A DNA stretch of 52,213 nt. Origin: Candidatus Woesearchaeota archaeon. Its GTDB lineage: Archaea > Nanobdellota > Nanobdellia > Pacearchaeales > GW2011-AR1. The translations under genes and the position numbers were made by a program. Positions 36,269 through 44,993 of the stretch are shown here, in pieces. Numbering within the stretch: position 1 is the first letter of the stretch; every line of letters starts with the position of its first letter. The notes beneath the pieces are model-generated. The model searched no databases and was not told the origin of the DNA. It saw only the letters and a list, made by a program, of their open reading frames with translations. Location: assembly GCA_964592915.1 (NCBI GenBank), contig CAZQGH010000001.1, forward strand, positions 10,544-62,756, read 5' to 3'.

Positions 36269-36334
36269 AAAAACCCTGTGTGTTACCAACTCCTAAAGGA
36301 GTTGGTTTTTGCAATGCATTCCTGATATAATGAA
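36269..36334. promoter_or_regulatory. conserved upstream element shared with rtcB (palindrome ccaactcct-aa-aggagttgg plus gcaatgcattcc)
   Basis: 36286-36334 aligns with 49393-49441 with only a few mismatches. It lies upstream of the TATA-like boxes of gene 36393. Confidence 0.7.
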
Positions 36335-36392
36335 TAAAATCTATATATCCGAGAATAATAATTAATTTAAATAAATGAGAAATTATTAAATC

Positions 36393-36728
36393 ATGAGAGC
36401 CAGAAAATACAACAGAATTTTATCTGATGTTTTAAAAGAATACGGATTAGTTCATGTTTATACTTACTCTAATAATGGTGATGATGTTAGTGTAATACAT
36501 AGTGTTGAGGAAGCAGGATCAGGAAATCCAGAATGGAGATGCTTTGCATATGTAACAGAAGAGCATGGAAAAGCTGTAGGGAAAAGTGGAATACATTATT
36601 CATTAGAAAGAGGAAGCAGATTAGTTATAGAAGAAACACCAGATGTTATAGATACAGGAATTGCAGAGAAACTGAGAGAAGCTGAACAAAGGATTAACAG
36701 CAAATTGGAATTGCATATGATTTCTTAA
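36393..36728 (+). CDS. hypothetical protein
   Basis: 111-aa ORF with more balanced amino-acid composition than its neighbours and no recognised motif. Confidence 0.55.
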   Translation: MRARKYNRILSDVLKEYGLVHVYTYSNNGDDVSVIHSVEEAGSGNPEWRCFAYVTEEHGKAVGKSGIHYSLERGSRLVIEETPDVIDTGIAEKLREAEQRINSKLELHMIS

Positions 36729-36828
36729 TCAATAATAAAAATAATAATAAAGCCTCATTATGAGGAGTATGAGGAATAGATAATCAAAAACAATAAATAA
36801 TATAAATAATCAAACCTAATGAAAAGAC

Positions 36829-37278
36829 ATGGCAAATCAGATAGATTTTGATGATGAAATAAGAGATTATAAAAGAGGATTAGATGATGATGCAAAAAGA
36901 GTTGCTGAGGGCAGATTAATCATAACATCAGTTATTATTGGTGCTGTATTAATATTCTTAATAGGTGTTTATGCTGTGATTATGATTGACAGAATGATTT
37001 TGCCTTCTCCTGCTGAAGGATTAGTGTTAAACGTATATCTGATTAAAAGTGGAATAGGAGATGTTAGCGATGTGACAGTAAGCGACATAGAAATTGAGCA
37101 GGGAGAACCTAATGTTGTTAAAGGAAATGAAATTCAGTTATTAGATAAGAAAAAACGCATATTAAATCAGTCTGGTTATATTGAAGTAATATCTTTCCCG
37201 TATTATGAAGAAGCAGAATATGTAATGATTAATTCTAATCCTGACTATTATTACTTAATTAGCGATTATATAAAATGA
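36829..37278 (+). CDS. membrane-anchored protein, unknown function
   Basis: Single TM (IITSVIIGAVLIFLIGVYAVIMI) followed by a soluble domain. Confidence 0.55.
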   Translation: MANQIDFDDEIRDYKRGLDDDAKRVAEGRLIITSVIIGAVLIFLIGVYAVIMIDRMILPSPAEGLVLNVYLIKSGIGDVSDVTVSDIEIEQGEPNVVKGNEIQLLDKKKRILNQSGYIEVISFPYYEEAEYVMINSNPDYYYLISDYIK

Positions 37279-37464
37279 GCATAACCTAAGTATTAATAAT
37301 AGATGAAATGGATATGCAATTATTAGTAAGGGAAATGAAATTTCATTATTGCCAGTATTATTAATCTTAACTTTATCTTTGATGCTAATTTTAGTGTTTT
37401 TATTCTTATTAATTTCTAAAAAATAGATAAAAGAAAAGACAAGGAAGAATTTCAATACCATAAA

Positions 37465-37493
37465 CCTTAAAAATCGATATTTCTTATAAAAAA
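37465..37493 (+). promoter_or_regulatory. promoter block of SRP RNA copy 2
   Basis: Same TTAAAAAT box and spacing as copy 1, with two substitutions. Confidence 0.55.
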
Positions 37494-37755
37494 TGTAGAC
37501 TAGGCTGGCAGGTTAGTCCTCTGCCATTTGCAAATGGACTTTAGGCAAGCTGCAAGGGAGAGCGTGAGATAAGTGGTAAAAAGCCCTTATTCCAACGTTG
37601 AGGTTCTGTCCTACTCGACCTTGTTCTTGCGAATTGGGTCAGACCTTGATCGGAGCAGCCCTAAACAGGAATTAAGGTGCTTGTGGGGTTGCAGAACTGA
37701 GGAGGAATCAGGATCACTTTTTACTTTTCTTATCAAGCCATCTCCTGAGTCTACT
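37494..37755 (+). ncRNA. signal recognition particle (7S/SRP) RNA, copy 2
   Basis: Collinear with 6139-6400 at a constant offset of 31,355 bp. By-eye alignment shows only two internal substitutions (c for t at 37517, a for g at 37735). Followed by a T6 run. Confidence 0.8.
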
Positions 37756-37775
37756 TAAACATTTTTTAGAAAAAA

Positions 37776-39338
37776 TTATTTCTTTCTTCTCAATTTGGCA
37801 AGTTCTTTGTCCAGTTTTTTCAGTTTCTTGTCAATGTCTTTTGTATCCATTTGTTCCTCTTTTTTCTGCATCTCCTCTGGTTTGGAGTTGCCGGATTTTT
37901 TTTCCTGTTCTATTTTTCTTTTTCTGATTCTATGTAAAAAATATGACAGGAATATCATGGGCGGAATCATAGATAATATGAAAATGATAATGCTCCAGTT
38001 TATGTCTATTGATCCCTTTTGATTTTCTCCTACTGCCTGTCCTGTAATGGGAGCTGACTGCTGATTTCTTAATGCTTCTTCATACTGCTCTTTTGAACAG
38101 GCTATTTTTTCCAAATCCAAAGGATTATCACAATCATTTAAATTTTTACAGTTAATAGGATAAAAATAATAATTTCCATCTTCATTCTCTTGGCAAGAAC
38201 TCCAGTCACATCTCCAGTTCGGTTCGCAACTCCCGCTTATCTTTGTATCCTTTGCTATGCTTGTTTGAGTATCATTACCTGAATCATCTCCACTGCCAGA
38301 ACCTCCGCCGCCGCCACCTCCTCCCCCGCCTCCTCCTTCATCGTTATTATTGGACGGGGGAATTGATTTTGTAGTGAAATTATATTCTTCAGATGAAGAA
38401 CAGTTATTGCCTGAATCACAGCTAGTTAGGTTATAATAATATAATGTAGAAGCATGCAGATTAGTTAAACTAATTTCATGATTGACAGCTAAATCTGAAT
38501 TTATCCTGGATGATTTTTCATGAGTTGCTCCGTAATTCACCTCAGTTGTTGTTGGCTCATCAGTATATAAAGAAAGTTCAGCTAAATTTGCAGAAACTAC
38601 TTCTGATTTTGTAATTATCTCCGGTGGATCAGAATCATTTTTTGTTGTGTTGATTGTAAATGAAACTGCAGTTTGATTTACCATTGTTCCGTTAGCATAT
38701 GCATATATTGTGTGCGAGCCATCTGGAAAATTGTATTCCTGAGGATTTGTGTATGTTAAATTATCAGTTGAATTGCTCCAGAATATATCATTTGCTGCTG
38801 AATCCAAATAAACCAAGACAGATGACGAGTAAGTTTTATTTTTTGGAGACAAAATATCAATCGGGTATTGGGAAGTAAACAAAATTGTCAGAACATCCCC
38901 GGAATATGAATAGGTTTTTGTTCCGGCTATAACATATAGCTGAGTATTGTAATCTCCTATTTGAATATTATCAGTATCTAAAGTTATGTTGTATTCTAAA
39001 TTTCCTGGCAAATAACCGTATCCATAACTGTAATTAGTAGAAGATAATTGTTCAACCTGCATGTTTGGGCAGGAAATTTCAGTTGCATTGGGGAAAAATG
39101 AGCAGGATAATTTGTCAGGCCCTGTAATATTTAACACAAATCTTTGTATATCTATATAATTGTCAGCTTCTTGGATTATTGCTGTTGCAACAAATGAAAC
39201 TAATTCTCCTTCATTTATCTCATTATTATCAATAACCAAACCCAGGATAAAAGCTTTTGCTGGTCCTATTATCAGCAAAAATGAAATTATAAATACTGAT
39301 AACAATACTGCTAGTGACTTAATATACAGGTTATTCAT
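37776..39338 (-). CDS. large secreted surface protein with Gly12 linker, Cys/Trp module and C-terminal TM anchor
   Basis: Signal peptide, N-glycosylation-sequon-rich domains, GGGGGGGGGGGGSGSG, then CEPNWRCDWSSC...CKNLNDC, a TM helix and a Lys/Glu-rich tail. Confidence 0.75.
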   Translation of the reverse strand: MNNLYIKSLAVLLSVFIISFLLIIGPAKAFILGLVIDNNEINEGELVSFVATAIIQEADNYIDIQRFVLNITGPDKLSCSFFPNATEISCPNMQVEQLSSTNYSYGYGYLPGNLEYNITLDTDNIQIGDYNTQLYVIAGTKTYSYSGDVLTILFTSQYPIDILSPKNKTYSSSVLVYLDSAANDIFWSNSTDNLTYTNPQEYNFPDGSHTIYAYANGTMVNQTAVSFTINTTKNDSDPPEIITKSEVVSANLAELSLYTDEPTTTEVNYGATHEKSSRINSDLAVNHEISLTNLHASTLYYYNLTSCDSGNNCSSSEEYNFTTKSIPPSNNNDEGGGGGGGGGGGGSGSGDDSGNDTQTSIAKDTKISGSCEPNWRCDWSSCQENEDGNYYFYPINCKNLNDCDNPLDLEKIACSKEQYEEALRNQQSAPITGQAVGENQKGSIDINWSIIIFILSMIPPMIFLSYFLHRIRKRKIEQEKKSGNSKPEEMQKKEEQMDTKDIDKKLKKLDKELAKLRRKK

Positions 39339-39483
39339 TTTTATTCTTCTTCTGATTATTTATATGCTCCTGAATCAGTTTTTCCAGTAACTGAGAAGCA
39401 TTGATGCAGTTTTCAGAAACAAACTTTTTCCACTTATGATAAGTTTCTTTGGACAAATTAGCTGAGATTTTTTCCTTTGCCAT
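39331..39483 (-). CDS. small RHH-like DNA-binding protein (50 aa)
   Basis: The ORF is below the track cutoff: MAKEKISANLSKETYHKWKKFVSENCINASQLLEKLIQEH. Its end overlaps the ATG of the surface protein gene. Confidence 0.5.
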   Translation of the reverse strand: MAKEKISANLSKETYHKWKKFVSENCINASQLLEKLIQEHINNQKKNKNE

Positions 39484-39582
39484 CTTTTGTATTATTTATA
39501 TTCTTTTTATTATTTATATTACTTATATTATTTCTATGTTTATCTTATATATTAATGTTTTGCTTTTTAAAAGCTTTTAGAT

Positions 39583-40650
39583 TTAAACTAATCTATAACC
39601 TTTCATAACAAGTATTTTCTCAACACTATTATCTATTTTTGAAGCATTAATCCCTCCAAATTCAGCTTGTTTTTCAAGCTCATCCAGTAAAACAAGCAAT
39701 TGATGGGGAGATAAATCAAAATCTAAAATTAAGTTTTCTCCAGAATTAATTAATTCCGCATATATCTCAGATTTATCCGGATAAAATGATTTTAATGCAT
39801 TCATGTTTATTTCATCTGCAATTATTAATGCTGAATTATTTACAGATGAAACAACTTTTTCAGAAACACTTGAGGGTTTATTGTCAGAGTTTAATTCCCC
39901 ATAAACAATCTGATGAGAAACCATTATTGAAGAAATATTATTTTTTAAACATATTTCAAATAAATACAAATCATCTTCAGTTATGTTTTGTTTATCTGTA
40001 ACCTCATGAAGATTCTTTTTCATTGCTTTTCCTGGGTAGTGTTTGCAGGTTCCATGAACATTTTTTTGCAAGCCTAAGATGTAATTTTCAATTTTTTCCG
40101 CTATTTCCTGCTTAGTTCCATTAAATGTTCTGCCTCCATATGCTTTGTCAGAATATTCAGCAACAGGTGCAAAATTCATATTAAATCCTGTCTGTTTTAA
40201 CAATTGTCCGTGTTCCAAACCTGTTTCATAAGCTTGTTGTTTTGTTTGTATATCTGAAAAATGAGGAAATTGCATTTCTGAATCAGCAAAAGGATTCCAT
40301 GCTCCTTCCAAATCTGTTGAAGCAAATAATCTAATTTTAGAATTTTTTTGATAAGAATTAATTAGTTGCTTGTAGTTTTCCTGCTTTTTTTGCCTGTCTA
40401 AAAAAACTCCTCCAATTGCAAAATTTGTAAATTCAAAATCTTCATAATCTCCTCTTATCATAATCATCTGGCTTAATTTCTGCTTTAATGTTAAAGAATT
40501 AAAATCAATTTCATTATTGTTTATTATAATATTGTTTGTAGTTAACTGAGAAATTTTTTTATTTATATTATAAATTTTAAACTGATATCCTGAAAAAGAT
40601 ATTAGGAAAATCAGTAAAACAAATGCAATAATAATCTTTTCTCTTTTCAT
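39583..40650 (-). CDS. membrane-anchored glycoside hydrolase family 3 (NagZ-like beta-N-acetylhexosaminidase), tentative
   Basis: N-terminal anchor, then LSQMIMIRG, GGVFL, STDLEGAW, NFAPVAEY, KHYPGK and IMVSHQIVY. Confidence 0.55.
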   Translation of the reverse strand: MKREKIIIAFVLLIFLISFSGYQFKIYNINKKISQLTTNNIIINNNEIDFNSLTLKQKLSQMIMIRGDYEDFEFTNFAIGGVFLDRQKKQENYKQLINSYQKNSKIRLFASTDLEGAWNPFADSEMQFPHFSDIQTKQQAYETGLEHGQLLKQTGFNMNFAPVAEYSDKAYGGRTFNGTKQEIAEKIENYILGLQKNVHGTCKHYPGKAMKKNLHEVTDKQNITEDDLYLFEICLKNNISSIMVSHQIVYGELNSDNKPSSVSEKVVSSVNNSALIIADEINMNALKSFYPDKSEIYAELINSGENLILDFDLSPHQLLVLLDELEKQAEFGGINASKIDNSVEKILVMKGYRLV

Positions 40651-40691
40651 TTTGTTGATTTAAAAGAGAACATATTTATAAAACTGACTTA

Positions 40692-41282
40692 ATGCAAAAG
40701 TTATTTAAATCAAATCTGATTAATAGAATTATGATAAAAGAGGAAAAAGGACAGTTTTACATAATTTTAGCAGTAATCATAATTGTGATAATTGTTGCTT
40801 CTCTAACCATATTCAATTATGCAAGAACTGCAAAAAATCCTGTTAAATTTTATGACTTGTCAGATGAATTAGGAATTGAAAGTGAGAGTGTTATAAATTA
40901 CGGAATCTATCAGGAAAAATATACAGATTACTTAGTTGAAAATTTTACAGACACTTATTCAGACTACTTTGAATTGCTTGCTGGCAAATCTGATTTAGTG
41001 TTTGTTTATGGAGACGAAAAAAACATGACTATGCTTATCTATTCAAATATAACAAAAGGAAGAGTAAGTTTAAGTTTAGGAGACAGCAAAACATACATAG
41101 ATGTTACAGGCAAGGAAAAGCAGAAAGTAAATTTGGTTCCAAAATTACTTCCAGCCCAGGGAGATTATGTCCTGGTAAATATAAGTGACAGAACTTATAA
41201 TTTCACATTGCATAAAGGAGAAAATTTCTTTTTTGTGTTAACTAAAAGTATTGGAAATGAAACCCATGTTACCCAAGGATAA
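40692..41282 (+). CDS. pilin-like protein with class III signal peptide
   Basis: EEKG/QFYIILAVIIIVIIVASL. The start may instead be the internal M at 40731. Confidence 0.6.
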   Translation: MQKLFKSNLINRIMIKEEKGQFYIILAVIIIVIIVASLTIFNYARTAKNPVKFYDLSDELGIESESVINYGIYQEKYTDYLVENFTDTYSDYFELLAGKSDLVFVYGDEKNMTMLIYSNITKGRVSLSLGDSKTYIDVTGKEKQKVNLVPKLLPAQGDYVLVNISDRTYNFTLHKGENFFFVLTKSIGNETHVTQG

Positions 41283-41733
41283 AAAAGCTGTAAGCTTAAT
41301 GATGTCCTATGTCTTATTAATCGTAATTGTTCTAGCTTTAGGCGCATTAACCTTTTCATGGATTAAAACAAAGATCCCTACTGAAGAAGAAAAATGCCCT
41401 GCAGATTTATCTTTAATAATATGGGATTATAATTGCTCTTCCCAGGTATTAGAATTAACAGTTCAAAATAAGGGATTATTTGATATTGACGGGTATTATA
41501 TAAGAGGAGAAAGCAATGAAAGAATTGTAGAATTAGAAGCAACAGACAATCCCGGGCAAGAAGGAAGAGTGAGATTTTTAAACGGCAAATTAGAATCTGG
41601 AGAAAAATCTGTTCAGTTTTTTGATTACTCCAAATACGGAAATTTGTCTAAAATAGAAATTCAGCCATTTATCATAAGAAATAAGAAGCTAATTTTATGT
41701 TCTGATATAAGCAGACAAGAAGTTTCATGTTAA
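41251..41733 (+). CDS. archaeal type IV pilin-like protein
   Basis: KDKKAVSLMMSYVLLIVIVLALGALTF. Confidence 0.6.
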   Translation: MEMKPMLPKDKKAVSLMMSYVLLIVIVLALGALTFSWIKTKIPTEEEKCPADLSLIIWDYNCSSQVLELTVQNKGLFDIDGYYIRGESNERIVELEATDNPGQEGRVRFLNGKLESGEKSVQFFDYSKYGNLSKIEIQPFIIRNKKLILCSDISRQEVSC

Positions 41734-41761
41734 AAAAATTTAAAAACAAGTTATTCTTCAT

Positions 41762-42196
41762 ATGTTTATGAAAAAAAGAGGAGTATCACCAATAATTGCA
41801 AGTATTTTACTAATTGCCATTGTTGTTTTATTAGCTGCAATAATATTCTGGTGGGCAAGAGGATTTTTTTCTGAATCTGTTCAAAAAATGGGGAGAGATG
41901 CAGAGCAGGTTTGTCAAGATGTTAAAATATCCGCTTCAAGACATTCTGATGGAATTGACATAGTAAATACAGGCAATGTTCCTATACACGGAGCAAGTAT
42001 AAAAAAATATGAATTGGGAAAGTCAACAACTGATTCAATTGTGTTTACAAGTGGTGTTTCTCCCGGAAAATCATATTCAATAGACATAAATCATGATATA
42101 TATGATAGAATAATTATCATTCCCGCAATAATGGGAAAATCTGATGGAGCTCAAAAATTATATACCTGTGATGAAGAACTGGGTGTTTCAGCATAA
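41762..42196 (+). CDS. archaeal type IV pilin (pilin_N-type N-terminus)
   Basis: MKKRGVSPIIASILLIAIVVLLAAIIF, a canonical (K/R)GVSP(V/I)IA motif. Confidence 0.8.
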   Translation: MFMKKRGVSPIIASILLIAIVVLLAAIIFWWARGFFSESVQKMGRDAEQVCQDVKISASRHSDGIDIVNTGNVPIHGASIKKYELGKSTTDSIVFTSGVSPGKSYSIDINHDIYDRIIIIPAIMGKSDGAQKLYTCDEELGVSA

Positions 42197-42197
42197 A

Positions 42198-42686
42198 ATG
42201 TTAGATAAAAAGGGAGTTTCTGCAATAATTGCAACTTTGCTGATAATAATGCTAACAATAGTTATTTTTTCTGTAATTTATTCTGTGATGATTCCTGCTG
42301 TGAAAAATTATTTAGGAGAAAGCAAGACCTGTTTTGATGCATTAGACAAAGTTAAAATAAACAAAGATGAGCTAACTTGCTATAATGAAGAAACCGGAGA
42401 AACAGGAATAAGTGTTAAAAGAGATGATGTTGAATTAGATGAAATTATCATCTCATTAATTGGGGAGGGAGATTCCAGAAAATTTGAAATTAGTGATAAT
42501 ATGAAAAGTGATAATATAAGAATGTATTATTCAAATTATTCTCAGGAACTGGAATTACCGGGAAAATTAGAAGAAAGAACTTATGTTTTTAAAACAAGTT
42601 TTGAAGTTGACAGAGCACTGATTGCTATTCAGATGGATAATATAAACTGCAAAATATCTGAAGAAGAAAATATTGAAAAATGCTAA
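42198..42686 (+). CDS. archaeal type IV pilin
   Basis: MLDKKGVSAIIATLLIIMLTIVIF, with the start taken at the internal ATG 42198. Confidence 0.75.
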   Translation: MLDKKGVSAIIATLLIIMLTIVIFSVIYSVMIPAVKNYLGESKTCFDALDKVKINKDELTCYNEETGETGISVKRDDVELDEIIISLIGEGDSRKFEISDNMKSDNIRMYYSNYSQELELPGKLEERTYVFKTSFEVDRALIAIQMDNINCKISEEENIEKC

Positions 42687-43216
42687 AAAAAGGGCAGGTA
42701 TGGATTGAAACTGTTATCTACACTTTAATAGGTTTGACTGTTATAGCATTGATACTAAGTTTTGCCAGGCCAAAGATAGAAGAAATAAGAGACAAGGCTG
42801 TTATAGACCAGACAATTGAATCATTTAATAATATTGACAAAATAATTTCAGATATTATGGTTTCTTCTGGAAACAGCAGATTGGTATTGTTTTCACTGAG
42901 AAAAGGAGATTTGAATATTGATGGTGAAAATGATGAAATACGATTTGTTTTGGAAAACAGCAAAAGTGTTTATTCTGAGCCAGATAAACAAATCTCACTG
43001 GGAAAGTTATACCGGGGAAATTTGTATGTTAAAACTTCCGGAGATGAGGCAAAAACAGTTGAAGTTTGGCTTGATTATTCCAATTTAATCAATTTAAAAT
43101 ATGATGAAAAAGAAGAAAACAAAGCTCTTGAAAAAGCCAGCACACCATACAGGATTTTCTTTGAAAATACCGGAAATGCTGGTGGATTATCAAATATTAA
43201 TGTGAAAATAATTTAA
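42680..43216 (+). CDS. pilin-like protein with Glu at +5
   Basis: MLKKG/QVWIETVIYTLIGLTVIAL. Confidence 0.65.
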   Translation: MLKKGQVWIETVIYTLIGLTVIALILSFARPKIEEIRDKAVIDQTIESFNNIDKIISDIMVSSGNSRLVLFSLRKGDLNIDGENDEIRFVLENSKSVYSEPDKQISLGKLYRGNLYVKTSGDEAKTVEVWLDYSNLINLKYDEKEENKALEKASTPYRIFFENTGNAGGLSNINVKII

Positions 43217-43293
43217 TTCTAATATTAAAAATAATCGAGAGTTAAGTTTAAATAGAATGCTAAGTTACTATTAAAAAAGGAGGTTTTTTTATA

Positions 43294-44817
43294 ATGGTAA
43301 TCGAAATAAATATTAATCCTGCAATACCTCAGTTGAAAAAAGAGCCAGACAGAACTAAGATTAATATCAGATACACCTTAATTTCTCCTTATGCATCAGC
43401 TCATATTCACTGGGATGACAAAAGTTCAGAATTAGTATATGATATTGAAGAGCCAATTTTAAGCAAAAAAGAGGAAAAAATATTCCAGAGACTTGAAGAA
43501 GGAATGAAGGAAGTTATCAATCTGAATGTAGTTGTTGAAAAAACTCAGGAAGGAATACTGAATTATTTAGATAAAACAGCCAAATTATTAATTGAAGAAA
43601 TGGGGCTAAGTGTAAAAGACAGCTCATATAAAAAAATATTTTACTATTTATTCAGGAATTTTGTCGGTTTAAATGAAATTGAGCCATTAATGAGGGATTA
43701 TTTTATTGAAGATATTGAGTGTAATGGAGTTAACAGTCCGGTTTATATTGTTCACAGAGTTTATAGAAATTTAAGAGTTAATTTATCATTTGATAATATT
43801 GACAATCTGGCAAATTTTGTAGAAAAACTTGCCCAAAGAACTGGAAGATATATTTCATATGCTTCTCCGATTTTAGATGGCACATTGCCTGATGGTTCAA
43901 GAGTTAATGCTACTTATACCACAGATATTACATCAAAAGGACCGACATTTACAATAAGGAAATTCACAAAAATTCCCTGGACTCCTCCTCAGTTAATTTC
44001 ACTAGGAACAATCAGCCCTGAAATGCTTGCTTATTTTTGGTTGTTAATCGAGTATAAATCAAATATTTTGATTACTGGAGAGACTGCATCTGGAAAAACC
44101 ACCTTGCTGAATGCTGTATCATTTTTCATACCTCCTGAATCAAGAGTCGTTTCAATCGAAGATACAAGAGAAATAAATTTGTTAAGAGAAAACTGGTTGC
44201 CATCAGTAGCTAGGACAGCAGTAGGATTAGGAAAATTCGGAGAAGTTGATTTATTCAGTTTATTAAAAAATTCATTTAGACAAAATCCTGATTATGTTAT
44301 TGTTGGGGAGGTAAGAGGAAAGGAAGCTTTTGTTTTATTTCAGGGAATGGCTTCTGGACATTCATCAATATCCACAATTCATGCAGAATCTGTAGAAACT
44401 GTAATAAGAAGATTGCAAACTCCTCCTATTGAATTATCTCCTACTTTAGTAAATACCTTAGATGCAGTTGCAATTATGATGCATGCCAGAGTGAAAAAAC
44501 AAGAAACAAGAAAATTAAGAGAAGTTGTAGAAGTTGTCAATGTTAAACCAGATGGGGAAGCAGAAACAAACACTCCTTTTGCATGGGATCCTGAAAAAAA
44601 TAAATTTTTTTCCAAACAAAAAAGCAGGGCATTTGAAAAAATTGCTAAAAAATATGGATTGGCAAAGCAGAAAATCATGAAAGAATTTGAGCAAAGAACC
44701 AAATTGTTAGATGAAATGAATAAAAGAAAAATATATGATGCTGAATCAGTCCAGAAAATCATCAATGATTATTATAAAAATCCTGAACAGTTACTGAAAC
44801 GTTTAAGCATTTCTTAA
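43294..44817 (+). CDS. FlaI/PilB/VirB11-family secretion ATPase
   Basis: Walker A GETASGKTT, SIEDTREI, Walker B NPDYVIVGEVRG and His box GHSSISTIHA. An SD (GGAGG) lies upstream. Confidence 0.9.
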   Translation: MVIEININPAIPQLKKEPDRTKINIRYTLISPYASAHIHWDDKSSELVYDIEEPILSKKEEKIFQRLEEGMKEVINLNVVVEKTQEGILNYLDKTAKLLIEEMGLSVKDSSYKKIFYYLFRNFVGLNEIEPLMRDYFIEDIECNGVNSPVYIVHRVYRNLRVNLSFDNIDNLANFVEKLAQRTGRYISYASPILDGTLPDGSRVNATYTTDITSKGPTFTIRKFTKIPWTPPQLISLGTISPEMLAYFWLLIEYKSNILITGETASGKTTLLNAVSFFIPPESRVVSIEDTREINLLRENWLPSVARTAVGLGKFGEVDLFSLLKNSFRQNPDYVIVGEVRGKEAFVLFQGMASGHSSISTIHAESVETVIRRLQTPPIELSPTLVNTLDAVAIMMHARVKKQETRKLREVVEVVNVKPDGEAETNTPFAWDPEKNKFFSKQKSRAFEKIAKKYGLAKQKIMKEFEQRTKLLDEMNKRKIYDAESVQKIINDYYKNPEQLLKRLSIS

Positions 44818-44819
44818 AA

Positions 44820-44993
44820 ATGGATAAAATACTTCAAAAAGAGGCAAAACTTGTCTTGCAGGCAATTAAAGCTTTGAAAGATTCTTTCAATAATCTGAAA
44901 AAAGCTTATGAAAATGAGAATCATGCAGACTTTGAAAATATAAAAAAATCAATTCTTGAATTGCAAAAAGAAATTAATATGATTATAAAATGA
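44820..44993 (+). CDS. small coiled-coil protein (57 aa)
   Basis: The ORF is below the track cutoff. It starts 2 nt after the ATPase stop, and its TGA overlaps the next ATG (ATGA). Confidence 0.45.
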   Translation: MDKILQKEAKLVLQAIKALKDSFNNLKKAYENENHADFENIKKSILELQKEINMIIK

